A DNA stretch of 64,000 nt from positions 1,095,525 through 1,159,524 of the forward strand of contig JAWAWX010000001.1 of NCBI GenBank assembly GCA_038897215.1, written 5' to 3'. Numbering within the stretch: the first letter of the stretch is position 1; every line of letters starts with the position of its first letter. Position numbers and translations under genes: made by a program. Under the pieces are notes generated by a model. The model was not told the DNA's origin. It saw only the letters and a program-made list of their open reading frames with translations, and made no database searches. The DNA is from Acidilobaceae archaeon. GTDB taxonomy: Archaea > Thermoproteota > Thermoprotei_A > Sulfolobales > Acidilobaceae. This document shows positions 1 to 9,429 of this stretch, in pieces.

Positions 1-372
1 TATGATCTCATCTATATTATCTCGAATTATAGTGAGCTTTATGGCTCCTAGAGGTGACTCTCTATCGCTATCCACGATGCTGATTCTTCCCGCGTATGCT
101 GCCTGCTTGTGTAGTAGCAGGTGTGTACTGTTCTCTCTCCTATTCTTCTTGAGAGCATTTCTAACAGCATCCAGAATCCTCTCGGCTCTTACTGCCTGGT
201 ATAGGGGTAGTAGTGCTCTAGGGCTTGAAGCTTCTCCTACGAGAATTTCGCCCTTAGAGGTGCTAGTAGTGGTGAGTGTCTCTACGTCTACTATGTTCTT
301 GACGGCTCTCAAAACCTTGTCTTTATCCTCTGTTAGTCTAATCTCTACCTCTACCACAATCTTCGTATGCAA
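1..372 (-). CDS. UPF0201/DUF54 RNA-binding-fold protein (partial, runs off window start)
   Basis: Not in the ORF track. Manual translation from TTG at 372 gives MHTKIVVEVEIRLTEDKDKVLRAVKN...LHKQAAYAGRISIVDSDRESPLGAIKLTI, with the family's TED..KV and KQAAY.G...ESPLG motifs. It lies directly downstream of the UPF0200 kinase, its usual partner. Confidence 0.85.
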   Translation of the reverse strand, partial: MHTKIVVEVEIRLTEDKDKVLRAVKNIVDVETLTTTSTSKGEILVGEASSPRALLPLYQAVRAERILDAVRNALKKNRRENSTHLLLHKQAAYAGRISIVDSDRESPLGAIKLTIIRDNIDEII

Positions 373-916
373 CTCGAAGCTCCCTTGCTATTCTTCTCGA
401 CTCCTGGACTAAATTGTCTAATGTCGAGTCGTTGACTATCATGTAGTCAGCTAAAGCTAGAAGATTCCCAACACCGTAGCTTAGATTGAAGTTGTCTCTC
501 ATCTTGAACTCCTCTATGCTCTTAACGTCACCAGCCCTCCCTCTCCTCAATAGCCTCTCGAGTCTCAGCTTTGGGGGCGCGAAAACCCCGACTACGCAAA
601 CACGCCCTAGAGACCTGAGAACTCTCACTTCGTCGAGACTCCTGACCCCGTCTACTACGAGAGTTTGAGACTCGAGCTCTCTCCTCTTGATCTCCTCTAG
701 TAGCAGGTAGGCTACAGCGAGCGAGCCCTTCTCTTCTCTCAGCTTAGTAGCTACAGTTTCGAGCGTCCAGGGGGTTAGCTCGAGCCCTCTTCTCCTAACC
801 TCTTCTCTAACCAGGTCTCCCATCGATATGATGGGAGACTCGAGCTCTTCAGCTATCACTCTAGCGACTACACTCTTACCGCTACCAGGGAGCCCTGTGA
901 CAGCCACTATGAGCAA
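338..916 (-). CDS. UPF0200 P-loop nucleotide kinase (CoaE-related, COG0237)
   Basis: Walker A GLPGSGKS, plus SMGD, VDGVRS, RGRAGD and ADYMIVN motifs. Confidence 0.85.
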   Translation of the reverse strand: MLIVAVTGLPGSGKSVVARVIAEELESPIISMGDLVREEVRRRGLELTPWTLETVATKLREEKGSLAVAYLLLEEIKRRELESQTLVVDGVRSLDEVRVLRSLGRVCVVGVFAPPKLRLERLLRRGRAGDVKSIEEFKMRDNFNLSYGVGNLLALADYMIVNDSTLDNLVQESRRIARELRVAYEDCGRGRD

Positions 917-1049
917 TCTCTCTCCCCACGCGCTCTAGCTCTAGCGATAGCGGTTAAGGTAGTTGAGGTTGAGGCATTAGCGAGGACTGCTGTGAGATAG
1001 CTGAGAGCATTTAAGCAACCGGCTTCAAGCGCTAGACTGGTGCCCGGTC

Positions 1050-1733
1050 TTGGTTAAAGTCAGAGTTAAGCTCGTATCCTGGGATGAGATAGTAGACTGG
1101 TCTATGAGACTAGCCGAGCTAATAGAGAGCTCAGGCTGGAAGCCGGACGTCATAGTCGCTGTAGCTAGAGGAGGCTACGTAGTAGCCAGGCTTCTCTGCG
1201 ACTTCCTCGATGTAACAGACTTAGTTAGCGTTCAGAGCCAGCACTGGACAGAGGCTGCTAGAATGGCTGAGAGAGCTGTGCTCAAGTACCCCTATAAGCT
1301 CGACCTAGCGGGCATGAAGGTGCTCCTAGCCGATGACATCGTAGATACTGGTGAAAGCTTGCTACTCGCTCGAGACTACATAATGAGAGAGTGGAGACCA
1401 GAAGAGTTGAAGATAGGAGTCCTACAGTGGATCAGCCCAGTGGCCAAGTTCAAGCCCGACTACTACGTGATAGAGGTCACGGAGTGGGTCTGGTTCCAGT
1501 ACCCGTGGACCAGACTGGAGGACGTGAGCCAATTCATAGCCAGGATCTTCAGAGAAGACGAGAGAGCTAGAGGGAGAGAGGTTGAAGAAGAGGAGCTCAA
1601 AGAACTCTTCATAGACTGGTATGGAATCCACCCAAGCGAGCTAGGAAGATACTGGACCTTGGCTCTCAAGAGGCTACAATCAAAAGGAGTGATAGTCAGA
1701 ACTGAGAAAGGCTATCGTCTAGCAGCTCGCTGA
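1050..1733 (+). CDS. Type I (purine) phosphoribosyltransferase
   Basis: VARGG, PRPP motif LLADDIVDTGES, and WFQYPW. Confidence 0.9.
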   Translation: MVKVRVKLVSWDEIVDWSMRLAELIESSGWKPDVIVAVARGGYVVARLLCDFLDVTDLVSVQSQHWTEAARMAERAVLKYPYKLDLAGMKVLLADDIVDTGESLLLARDYIMREWRPEELKIGVLQWISPVAKFKPDYYVIEVTEWVWFQYPWTRLEDVSQFIARIFREDERARGREVEEEELKELFIDWYGIHPSELGRYWTLALKRLQSKGVIVRTEKGYRLAAR

Positions 1734-1790
1734 ACTAGTCGGACACCACATTTCTCTAAAAGCTCGCTCTACAGAAGAGACTATACAGGA

Positions 1791-1880
1791 GCCGGGGTGG
1801 CCGAGCGGACCAAGGCGGCGGGCTCGAGACCCGTTGCCCCTACGGGGGGCGCGCGGGTTCGAATCCCGCCCCCGGCGCCA
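1791..1880 (+). tRNA. tRNA-Ser(CGA), no intron, CCA encoded
   Basis: GCCGGGG/CCCCGGC acceptor stem, anticodon arm GCGGG-CTCGAGA-CCCGT, long variable arm, GGTTCGAATCC T-loop. Confidence 0.96.
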
Positions 1881-1889
1881 TGCCTCTCC

Positions 1890-2840
1890 TCACTCAATAT
1901 TGTGGTCTTCGAGACTCCTCGGGGGGTAGAGAGCTACTGCTAGTGCTCCATATAGCACAGCATCATCACCGAATCCTGTGACCTCGATTAGTGGCGGTCT
2001 CTGAGCAAGGTATTCTCTTAGTTTCTCCGATACTCTCGGCACGATTAGGTCTACGTTATTCAAGACCACTCCTCCTCCTAGAATCACTATCTCGGGGTCG
2101 TAAGCGGCTATGGAGCTAGCCAGTCCGGCTGCATGGATTCTATTGATCTTCTCCACCAGATACGTAGCGAACCTATCCCCTCTTCTGGCTAGAGAGTAGA
2201 GTGTAGGCGCGTCTAGTGCTCCGCTCTCGGCCAGCCTCTGAGCCTCGGTCCTCTCCTCTCTCCATCTGAGAGCCTCGCTTCTAGCTACTTTGGGGATGTT
2301 AGCGCCCCCCGCTAGAGCCTCCCAGTGGCCTCTGCCTCCGCATCCGCAGAGCAGGTCGCTCTCGTAGTCGACAACAAAGTGCCCTATCTCGTGCGCGTTA
2401 CCATCTCTCCCTAGGAGTAGATTCCCGTCTACCACGGCTCCTCCCCCTATCCCGGAGCTTATGGTGACGTAGAGCAGGTTGCGGACTCTTCTCCTCCTAG
2501 CTAAGACGTACTCACCCCAAGCGGCTGCGACGCAATCGTTGAGAACTCTCACTGGAGCCTTGTAGACCTCGACTAGAGGGTCTCGGATAGCGAACGACCG
2601 GAGCGGGTTATTCGGAGTGTTGACGACCCAGCCTCTCCTGAGGTCCAGAGGCCCTATTGTCGCTACGCTGACGACATCGAAGCGCTCTAGGGGTGGAGCG
2701 AGTTCAGCTATGGCTCTAGCTACGCTCAGAGAGTCTCCCTCCCGGGGGGTCTTCGCCTCCCTGCGCCAGACTATCTCCTCCCCCTTGAAGAAAGCAACTC
2801 TGATCCTGGAAGCTCCCACGTCTACAGCTAGGACTCTCAT
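1890..2840 (-). CDS. ROK-family ATP-dependent glucokinase/hexokinase
   Basis: DVGAS, NDCVAAAWGE, SSGIGGG, EIGH, and Zn motif CGCGGRGHWE. Confidence 0.92.
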   Translation of the reverse strand: MRVLAVDVGASRIRVAFFKGEEIVWRREAKTPREGDSLSVARAIAELAPPLERFDVVSVATIGPLDLRRGWVVNTPNNPLRSFAIRDPLVEVYKAPVRVLNDCVAAAWGEYVLARRRRVRNLLYVTISSGIGGGAVVDGNLLLGRDGNAHEIGHFVVDYESDLLCGCGGRGHWEALAGGANIPKVARSEALRWREERTEAQRLAESGALDAPTLYSLARRGDRFATYLVEKINRIHAAGLASSIAAYDPEIVILGGGVVLNNVDLIVPRVSEKLREYLAQRPPLIEVTGFGDDAVLYGALAVALYPPRSLEDHNIE

Positions 2841-2961
2841 CGAGCACGCTACCAGAGACTCTTAGCGGGAGGCAGAGCCTTTCTATTAGAGAGCTTCAAA
2901 CCAGCTGACACCAAGATACTTAACTAGAGGACATCTATACGAGCCCTAGAGGAGGCTCTTT

Positions 2962-3531
2962 ATGCAGCTACAGGAGAAGCTCGCGGAAGCGTATCTTCGA
3001 GCTGTATCAGCTCTTGGAGTGAAGCCGAACCACTTGACTCTCGCTGGTCTCTGCTTAGCTCTAGTTGCTCCAGTAGCTGCCTACGCTGGCTACACTGTAG
3101 CAGTCGTGGCTCTAATGGCTCTCTCTGCTCTCATGGATGCTCTAGACGGATACACTGCTCGAGCACTAAAAATGACTAGCAAGTGGGGCGCCTTCCTGGA
3201 CTCTACAGCAGATAGAGTAGCAGACTCTATGTTCGTGCTCAGCCTAATGCTACTCGGTCTCAACCCTACGGCTTGCTTTCTCCTACTCACCTCATCACTC
3301 CTCATATCATACACGAGAGCGCGAGGAGAAGCTCTAGGCTTATCATTCAAGGGCGTGGGCCTAATAGAGAGGCAGGAGAGAGTGCTGTTGTTGATCGTGA
3401 TAGCGGTCCTCACACTCTACGATGTAAGGATTGCAGAGATAGGGGTTCTCGCAACTCTAGTAATGAGTATAGCCACGGTCGTTCAGAGAATTCTCCACGC
3501 TAGAAGAGGGCTTCAACCATGGGGAGCGTAG
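2962..3531 (+). CDS. CDP-alcohol phosphatidyltransferase (archaetidylinositol-phosphate synthase-like)
   Basis: PNHLT, DALDGYTAR...GAFLDSTADR signature, SYTRARGE. Confidence 0.9.
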   Translation: MQLQEKLAEAYLRAVSALGVKPNHLTLAGLCLALVAPVAAYAGYTVAVVALMALSALMDALDGYTARALKMTSKWGAFLDSTADRVADSMFVLSLMLLGLNPTACFLLLTSSLLISYTRARGEALGLSFKGVGLIERQERVLLLIVIAVLTLYDVRIAEIGVLATLVMSIATVVQRILHARRGLQPWGA

Positions 3532-3872
3532 GGTTCGCGTACTGCGTAGAAGAGTACGTGAGCGTGGCTCTCAAACCCTTTAGCTACGATATACACGGCC
3601 ACGATGTAGTGATCGAGGCCTGCTGGTGTAGTAGGGGGGAGAGAGTAGACGTAGAGGTCTTGGCCTCAGCGCTGGTAGAAGCGCTGAGAGGAGTAGACCG
3701 CAAGCCGTTATGGGAGACAGTGGGGGCCGAGGACGCTATGATAGAAGACCTGCTCCTATACTTGAAGAGCGCTCTAGAGAGCCGGGGAGGCGTGGAGCTC
3801 TGCGGGCTTAGAGCCCGCTGGAGAGGCAGGCTTATCGCTCTCCTCTCGGAGACCGGCAATATGCGATATTAA
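3519..3872 (+). CDS. Divergent PTPS/QueD-like T-fold protein
   Basis: IHGHDVVIE motif, VD..L spacing and length fit the 6-pyruvoyl-tetrahydropterin synthase family; other motifs are degenerate. Confidence 0.5.
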   Translation: MGSVGFAYCVEEYVSVALKPFSYDIHGHDVVIEACWCSRGERVDVEVLASALVEALRGVDRKPLWETVGAEDAMIEDLLLYLKSALESRGGVELCGLRARWRGRLIALLSETGNMRY

Positions 3873-3926
3873 GCCTCCTCCGCCTAGGTATTTCAAGTAA
3901 CCGGCGTGCTTCCCGGGGGGCGGTAG

Positions 3927-5027
3927 ATGTTCGAGTTCATAGTGGCTCAGTGGTGGATTCTCTTAGTGGAGGGCTTGGCGATCGCTCTAGTAGTCGGGCT
4001 CATAGCGCTCAACGCTGATAAGCTCGTGGGCGACGCTCCCAGAAGCCTATCGTCTCTGAGAGTGGGCATGCTGCTCACTCTGATAGCGATGGTGTCAGCT
4101 TACTTCGTCGTGATGATACTAGCGGCGAAGGCTCTCGAGGCCTACGCTGGCTTCTCGCTCTCAGCGAACACTCTAGTGTTGTCTGTCACCATCCTATCGT
4201 TCCTCTTGATCCTAGCGCAGTGGCTCTTCTCCCCGCTCATAATAAACCTAGCCTACAGGACCAGAGAGCCCAAGACTCAGTACGAGCTGGAGCTCAAGAT
4301 GGAGCTCGAGAGGCTCGCTGAGAGAGCTGGAATGAAGCCCCCCAAGTTCCTGATAGCTGACGTAGACTTCCCCAACGCTTTCGCCTACGGTAGCCCACTC
4401 TTCGGGAACTACGTGGCTCTAACGAGAGGACTCGTTAGAACGATGCCCAAGGAGGAGGTCTTAGCAGTCATGGGTCACGAGCTAGGGCACTTGAAGCACA
4501 GAGACGTCGCGTGGATCCTGGCTCTCAGCGTGATCCCGCTAGCGATATACTTCCTGGGGAGAGCGCTGATATGGATGGGGATCCTGGGGGGCGGCGAGAC
4601 TCGAGGAAGCAGAGGGAGCGCTACCCCCATAGTATTCCTGGCTATTGGAGCGCTCCTAATAGTGTCAAGCGTGCTCTTCAGGCTTATGATTGTTCACTTT
4701 AGCAGACTTAGAGAGTACTACGCTGACGCTCACTCAGCCATACTCATGGGGACCTCTAGACCTCTTCAGAGAGCTCTAGCTAGACTCTACTTGACCTACA
4801 ACACTCGCCCTCAGATAGCCGAGATGGCTAGAGAGAATAGCACTGCAGCTCTCCTCTTCATCATAGCTCCCCTCGTGGAGCTCTGGGCTTCACCCTTCTA
4901 CGAGATAGACTATTACGTGGATAGACTCAAGGGCATTCAGACGAACCCGTTGGAAGAGCTACTCTCAACGCACCCACCGATACCTAAGAGGCTCAGATTC
5001 CTAGATAGAGTCCTTTACCGTCTATAG
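3927..5027 (+). CDS. htpX: HtpX/M48 membrane zinc metalloprotease
   Basis: PNAFAYG, HELGH, SRLREYYAD, STHPP. Confidence 0.93.
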   Translation: MFEFIVAQWWILLVEGLAIALVVGLIALNADKLVGDAPRSLSSLRVGMLLTLIAMVSAYFVVMILAAKALEAYAGFSLSANTLVLSVTILSFLLILAQWLFSPLIINLAYRTREPKTQYELELKMELERLAERAGMKPPKFLIADVDFPNAFAYGSPLFGNYVALTRGLVRTMPKEEVLAVMGHELGHLKHRDVAWILALSVIPLAIYFLGRALIWMGILGGGETRGSRGSATPIVFLAIGALLIVSSVLFRLMIVHFSRLREYYADAHSAILMGTSRPLQRALARLYLTYNTRPQIAEMARENSTAALLFIIAPLVELWASPFYEIDYYVDRLKGIQTNPLEELLSTHPPIPKRLRFLDRVLYRL

Positions 5028-5048
5028 ACAACTCTATAGCTTCGCTCT

Positions 5049-5774
5049 TCAGCTCATCAAGACTACGGGCACTCCGCCTGTTTCAACAAAGTCTACCTCG
5101 TAGACTTCTCTGAGAAACGATGCTCTGAGGATAAGGCGAGACGGTCCTTTAGCGATTAGCGAGCCGTTTTTCAGAACTAGTAGCTCTCTAGCTACGAGAG
5201 CGTGAGTAGGCTCGTGTGCAGTGTAGAGCACTAGCGTGGAGCTCTCTGCGAGCAAGCGGAGAAGCTTAGCTACTCTAACCTGATTCCGTAGGTCTAGGTG
5301 GGAGAAAGGCTCGTCTAGGAGTAGCACTCTAGGCTTTCTCACTAGAGCGGCTGCTAGCAGAGCTAGTCTCCGCTCACCATCGCTCAACTCCCCCAGCCTC
5401 CTCCAGAGCGTTGATTTGGGTAGCCCGACTGCTTCTAGGGCTTCCTCGAACCTAGCCACGCTACTAGCTCTATACGCGTAGGCTCTCATCACGTCAACGA
5501 CTCTAGTAAAAGGCTCCACGTAGAGACTGCTGGGAACGAAACTGACCACGCTTCTAGCATCCTCAGGACTCAACCCGCAGACTCTCACGACTCCACTAGC
5601 TACTCTAACGACTCCAGCAAGAGTCTTCAGGAGCGTGGTCTTCCCAGCGCCGTTGGGCCCAATCAGGCAGACCAGCTTCTCCTCGAGCATAGCGCTCACG
5701 CTCTTCAACACGACTCTCTCCCCCAGAACTACCGTAACGTCTCTGATCTCGATGCTACACTCCACGAGCATCAA
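5049..5774 (-). CDS. ABC transporter ATP-binding subunit (BtuD/FepC-like)
   Basis: GPNGAGKT, LSDGE signature, LLLDEP. Confidence 0.92.
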   Translation of the reverse strand: MMLVECSIEIRDVTVVLGERVVLKSVSAMLEEKLVCLIGPNGAGKTTLLKTLAGVVRVASGVVRVCGLSPEDARSVVSFVPSSLYVEPFTRVVDVMRAYAYRASSVARFEEALEAVGLPKSTLWRRLGELSDGERRLALLAAALVRKPRVLLLDEPFSHLDLRNQVRVAKLLRLLAESSTLVLYTAHEPTHALVARELLVLKNGSLIAKGPSRLILRASFLREVYEVDFVETGGVPVVLMS

Positions 5775-6730
5775 CCACCCTGGATTCTAGAGATGAAGTA
5801 GACGAGTAGAGGCACTCCCACTAGAGCAGTCACAGCAGTAATCGGCACCTCGAGCCCCCCGAGGAGAGCCTTGATCGCTGTGTCAGCCGAGACGACGATA
5901 GTGGCTCCCAGAAGCCCCGAGGCTAGGCTCAGCTCTATGAAGCCTCCTCTGGTGAGCACTCTAGCTAGCCAGGGGGCAGTCACACCCACGAAGCCAACGG
6001 GGCCGGTTACAGCGGTAATAGCGGCTGTCGCCATAGTGGCTCCCCCTATTGCTAGAGCTCTCACTAGAGAGCATCTGACTCCAAGAGCTCTGGCTACATC
6101 ATCTTCTAGAACTAGAACGTCGAGCTCTCTGTGTAGAGTTAGGATCACAGCGACTCCCAGGAGAGCGAGAGACGCGGAGAAGAGTAGCTCGTCGAGCCTC
6201 ACGTAAGCCAGACTACCGAATAGCCACATCATGGGAGACCCCTTGATCTTAGAGTGCATGAGAGACAGGAGGATCAAGTTGATGCTATACAGGAGGTAGG
6301 ATACAGCGACCCCGGCTACTATCAGTGAGAGAGGAGAGTAGCCAGCTAGAGTCGATAGAGTCATAGCTAAGAGGAGAGCGAAAAGCCCTCCCACGAAGGA
6401 GGATAGAGGCCACAGATGCGGACTAAGCCCTACGGCTATAGATGTTAGAACTCCCAGAACAGCGCCAGAGCTGACCCCCATTAGGTACGGGTCGGCTAGA
6501 GGGTTACGGGTTACTCTCTGAATACTCAGCCCGGCTACGCCGAGAGATAGCCCTGCCACTATGCCGGCTGATAGCCTGACTAGCCTGTATCTCAACAGCC
6601 CGATGCTCTCATCGGGGCACGCTAGAGGGTTTATGAGCCCCCCGGGCCCGATGCTCAGTGATGTCAGGGACGCTACAGCTAGTAGAGAGAGGAGAGTAGC
6701 GAGCACTAGGAGGGTCCTCGGGGAGAGCAA
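5771..6730 (-). CDS. FecCD/BtuC-family ABC permease
   Basis: RNPLADPYLMGVSSGA, ARALGV, GPVGFVG. Confidence 0.92.
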   Translation of the reverse strand: MLSPRTLLVLATLLSLLAVASLTSLSIGPGGLINPLACPDESIGLLRYRLVRLSAGIVAGLSLGVAGLSIQRVTRNPLADPYLMGVSSGAVLGVLTSIAVGLSPHLWPLSSFVGGLFALLLAMTLSTLAGYSPLSLIVAGVAVSYLLYSINLILLSLMHSKIKGSPMMWLFGSLAYVRLDELLFSASLALLGVAVILTLHRELDVLVLEDDVARALGVRCSLVRALAIGGATMATAAITAVTGPVGFVGVTAPWLARVLTRGGFIELSLASGLLGATIVVSADTAIKALLGGLEVPITAVTALVGVPLLVYFISRIQGG

Positions 6731-6742
6731 CGAGCGAAACCT

Positions 6743-8110
6743 CTAGGATGCTGGTGCTAGCGCTAGAGCGGCTCGCCGAGCTCTAACTATGTACTCCACG
6801 ATCTCATAGGTGGTTGGCGACACGACGCGCGATATTACTGATAGCAGGTCGAAGTCGTCGCCCAGACTCGTGGGGGTCTGGTTTAGCCCGAAAACGTGAG
6901 GGTAGCCTACTACGGCTAGAGCAAGCACAGCGACTAGTAGCCGAGGAGAGGGTCTAACAAGCGAGTCCTCGTAGAAGCCCGAGAGCTCCACTACTCTACC
7001 CTCTCTCACAGCAGCGATCTGCCAAGCAGACCTCCCTAGAGTAGACTCGAGGTACGAGATTAGGTAGGAGCTACTAAAATACCCGTGCGATGTAGTCAAG
7101 AGTATCATGGAAGGGTTCAGCTTCAGCAAAGTCTCTGGAGACACGGGCTGCCAGCTCTCGAGGTCCTCGTAGACGTTCCTCAACCCAGCCACACTCATCA
7201 AGTCGTGCTGCCAGGTCTTGCTACCGGCTACCCAGAGAGGCTCGATCCAGACTATGAGAGCAACCGATGGCTTCTCGCTAACTCCAGCTTTCCCAACTAT
7301 CTCTCTAAGCTCCAGTATAGCATACCTTATCCTCCAAGCTAACTCGTAGGCTTCTCTATGCTTACCTAGAGCTAGACCGAGCACTATGAGAGACTCTATC
7401 ACCTCATCGAGAGACCTATCACCTAGGAGGACTACCGGGATGCCGTAGCTAGAGACGATATCTCTTAGAGCTACGTGACTCGGGACGGACGCGAGCCCAA
7501 CCACCAAGTCGGGCCTCAGCGCGACTACTAGCTCAATACTCGGGTTCCAGAAACCACCTATAGACCTCAGAACACCCTTCTCTCTCAGCTCGACCACGAC
7601 TGGAGGGAAGTTCGAGAACTCATCGACTCCGACTAGTGTCTCTAAGGCTCCGATGTAATACACTGACTCGGTAACGCTTGGCGCTAGAGAGACCACTCTT
7701 CGGGGGGGCTTCAGTAGAACTACATCTCTACCGCTCCAGTCTCTGAGTACCATAGGGTAGCCGAGAGATTCAGCGATGTTCAGCACTTGAGCCTCAATCC
7801 TAGCTATTCTCTCCTCTAGCGCGATAGACCTTTCGCCCAGCCTATCTAAGCGTGCTCTGAGCTCCACTAGCTCTAGGTATACGGCTCGAAGGTCTTCATA
7901 GCTCGCCATATTCTCAACTTTTCTCGAGAGTTCATCTATCCTCCTCTCGATAGCGTCTACTCTAAGCTCCTCTTCCTCAAATCTTCTCTGAATATCACTA
8001 ACAGCCTCTCTTAGTCCCCGTAATTCTAGATAGATAGCGAGCTGAGCTAAGAGGAGAGCTACGATTAGTATAGCTAGAGCAGGTCTTACTATATCGAGTC
8101 GTTGACTTAT
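6743..8110 (-). CDS. BtuF/FepB-like substrate-binding protein with N-terminal TM anchor and coiled-coil stalk
   Basis: PRRVVSLAPSVTE, PSIELVVALRPDLV and RPSPRL motifs. The frame is open for 67 codons upstream of ATG 7909 and encodes a TM helix; start proposed at ATA 8110. Confidence 0.8.
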   Translation of the reverse strand: MSQRLDIVRPALAILIVALLLAQLAIYLELRGLREAVSDIQRRFEEEELRVDAIERRIDELSRKVENMASYEDLRAVYLELVELRARLDRLGERSIALEERIARIEAQVLNIAESLGYPMVLRDWSGRDVVLLKPPRRVVSLAPSVTESVYYIGALETLVGVDEFSNFPPVVVELREKGVLRSIGGFWNPSIELVVALRPDLVVGLASVPSHVALRDIVSSYGIPVVLLGDRSLDEVIESLIVLGLALGKHREAYELAWRIRYAILELREIVGKAGVSEKPSVALIVWIEPLWVAGSKTWQHDLMSVAGLRNVYEDLESWQPVSPETLLKLNPSMILLTTSHGYFSSSYLISYLESTLGRSAWQIAAVREGRVVELSGFYEDSLVRPSPRLLVAVLALAVVGYPHVFGLNQTPTSLGDDFDLLSVISRVVSPTTYEIVEYIVRARRAALALAPAS

Positions 8111-8241
8111 CGCTGGTCACCCTGACCAGCAAACGAGTTGCGAGTAGGCAGCTTAAAAATCTTAGATACGAGAACACGCTCTCTTATTGCATACTCGTAG
8201 AGGTGCTCTCTTAATAAAGTAGCTATAGTGATAATGATAGT

Positions 8242-9366
8242 ATGGGGCTAGCAGTGGGTAGGGTTAGCGTAGATTTGGGCAAATCGCTAGAGGACCTAGT
8301 AGAGTTATGGCTTTCTCGTAGAGGATATGCTTACGAGCGCAACGTGCTCTTAGAGAGTCCTTTAGGCAAATTCGAAGCTGACTTCTTGATACACGATGAT
8401 AGAGGTAGGGTTTTAGTTGAGGTTAAGAACGTGAAGGAGCCTGTGGATAGAGACGTGGTGCTCAAAGTTTACAACGCTTCTCTAGCTATCGCAGCGTACA
8501 AAGCTATAATCATATCATCGTCAGGTTTCACTGAAACAGCGCGTAACCTAGCTAGGCTACTGGAGAGAGTAGAGCTACTAGAGCTGAGAGACCTGCTAGC
8601 AGAGCTTGATGCAGGAGTGCTAGATGTCTCAGCGCAGTTCCTAGACTCGCAGATCACACTATATCAAGCCAGAGAGTGGATAGCTAAGCACGTTGTCCAG
8701 AAGAAATTCCTAGTAATAGCAGCCGAGCATGTAGCCGAAGTAGAGCCCATATATTACCCGGTTTACCTGATGAAAGTTAGGCTAGCTCTAGACCAGGCTA
8801 AGACGCGATTCAGAGAGACTCTGATGGCTGCCTCGGCTGTCTCAGGGCTTCCTCTAGCTCTAGACAGGTCGAGGAAAGCTCTCTATGATGCTCTGAGAGA
8901 ACTCGTAGACATGCCCCCAGACCTGCTAGAAGTCTACAGGATATACGCTGGGAGAGCCGTGGCTAGAAGCGAGCTAGTCCAGCTCTACGGCCCAACTCTC
9001 TGGAATAAGCTGATGAAGAGTCTGACAGCTAGAGGATTGGTTAAGCAGCTATCGAGTCGCCCCATGGTGGTGGAGATAGCAAACGTGCTACCGGGGAGTA
9101 GCGAGCTAGAGGAAGCAGCTAAACTCTTAGCGGAAGCCAGGAGAGTCGACAAGCCTAGACAAGGCTTCAGCGTAAAGGAGCAACTGGTTTCAGTAGGGAG
9201 CATAAGGTCTTTCCTCAACCAATCACTAGGAGTAGACGTCATAGCCTACACCGTCATCCACGCGCCCTTCTATAGAGCACGCCTGGAGGAGAGGAGTGGA
9301 AGCTATAGAATAGCTTGTATTACAGGCTGGCTGAAGGACCCCATAGTGTACCTCAGCTGCTCCTAG
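8242..9366 (+). CDS. Mrr-like PD-(D/E)xK restriction-endonuclease-domain protein with large C-terminal extension
   Basis: GKSLEDLV...EADF...VEVKN...SSSGFTETA, the Mrr_cat pattern. Confidence 0.8.
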   Translation: MGLAVGRVSVDLGKSLEDLVELWLSRRGYAYERNVLLESPLGKFEADFLIHDDRGRVLVEVKNVKEPVDRDVVLKVYNASLAIAAYKAIIISSSGFTETARNLARLLERVELLELRDLLAELDAGVLDVSAQFLDSQITLYQAREWIAKHVVQKKFLVIAAEHVAEVEPIYYPVYLMKVRLALDQAKTRFRETLMAASAVSGLPLALDRSRKALYDALRELVDMPPDLLEVYRIYAGRAVARSELVQLYGPTLWNKLMKSLTARGLVKQLSSRPMVVEIANVLPGSSELEEAAKLLAEARRVDKPRQGFSVKEQLVSVGSIRSFLNQSLGVDVIAYTVIHAPFYRARLEERSGSYRIACITGWLKDPIVYLSCS

Positions 9367-9429
9367 ACTACTACACCCTCGGTAACTCTAATAGCCCGCT
9401 CACACTATCATCCCGCGGGGCGAGCGAGC

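Noticed and set aside
2-412. 136-aa plus-strand ORF from the track
   Set aside because: Antisense shadow; the real gene is the minus-strand UPF0201 protein at 1-372.
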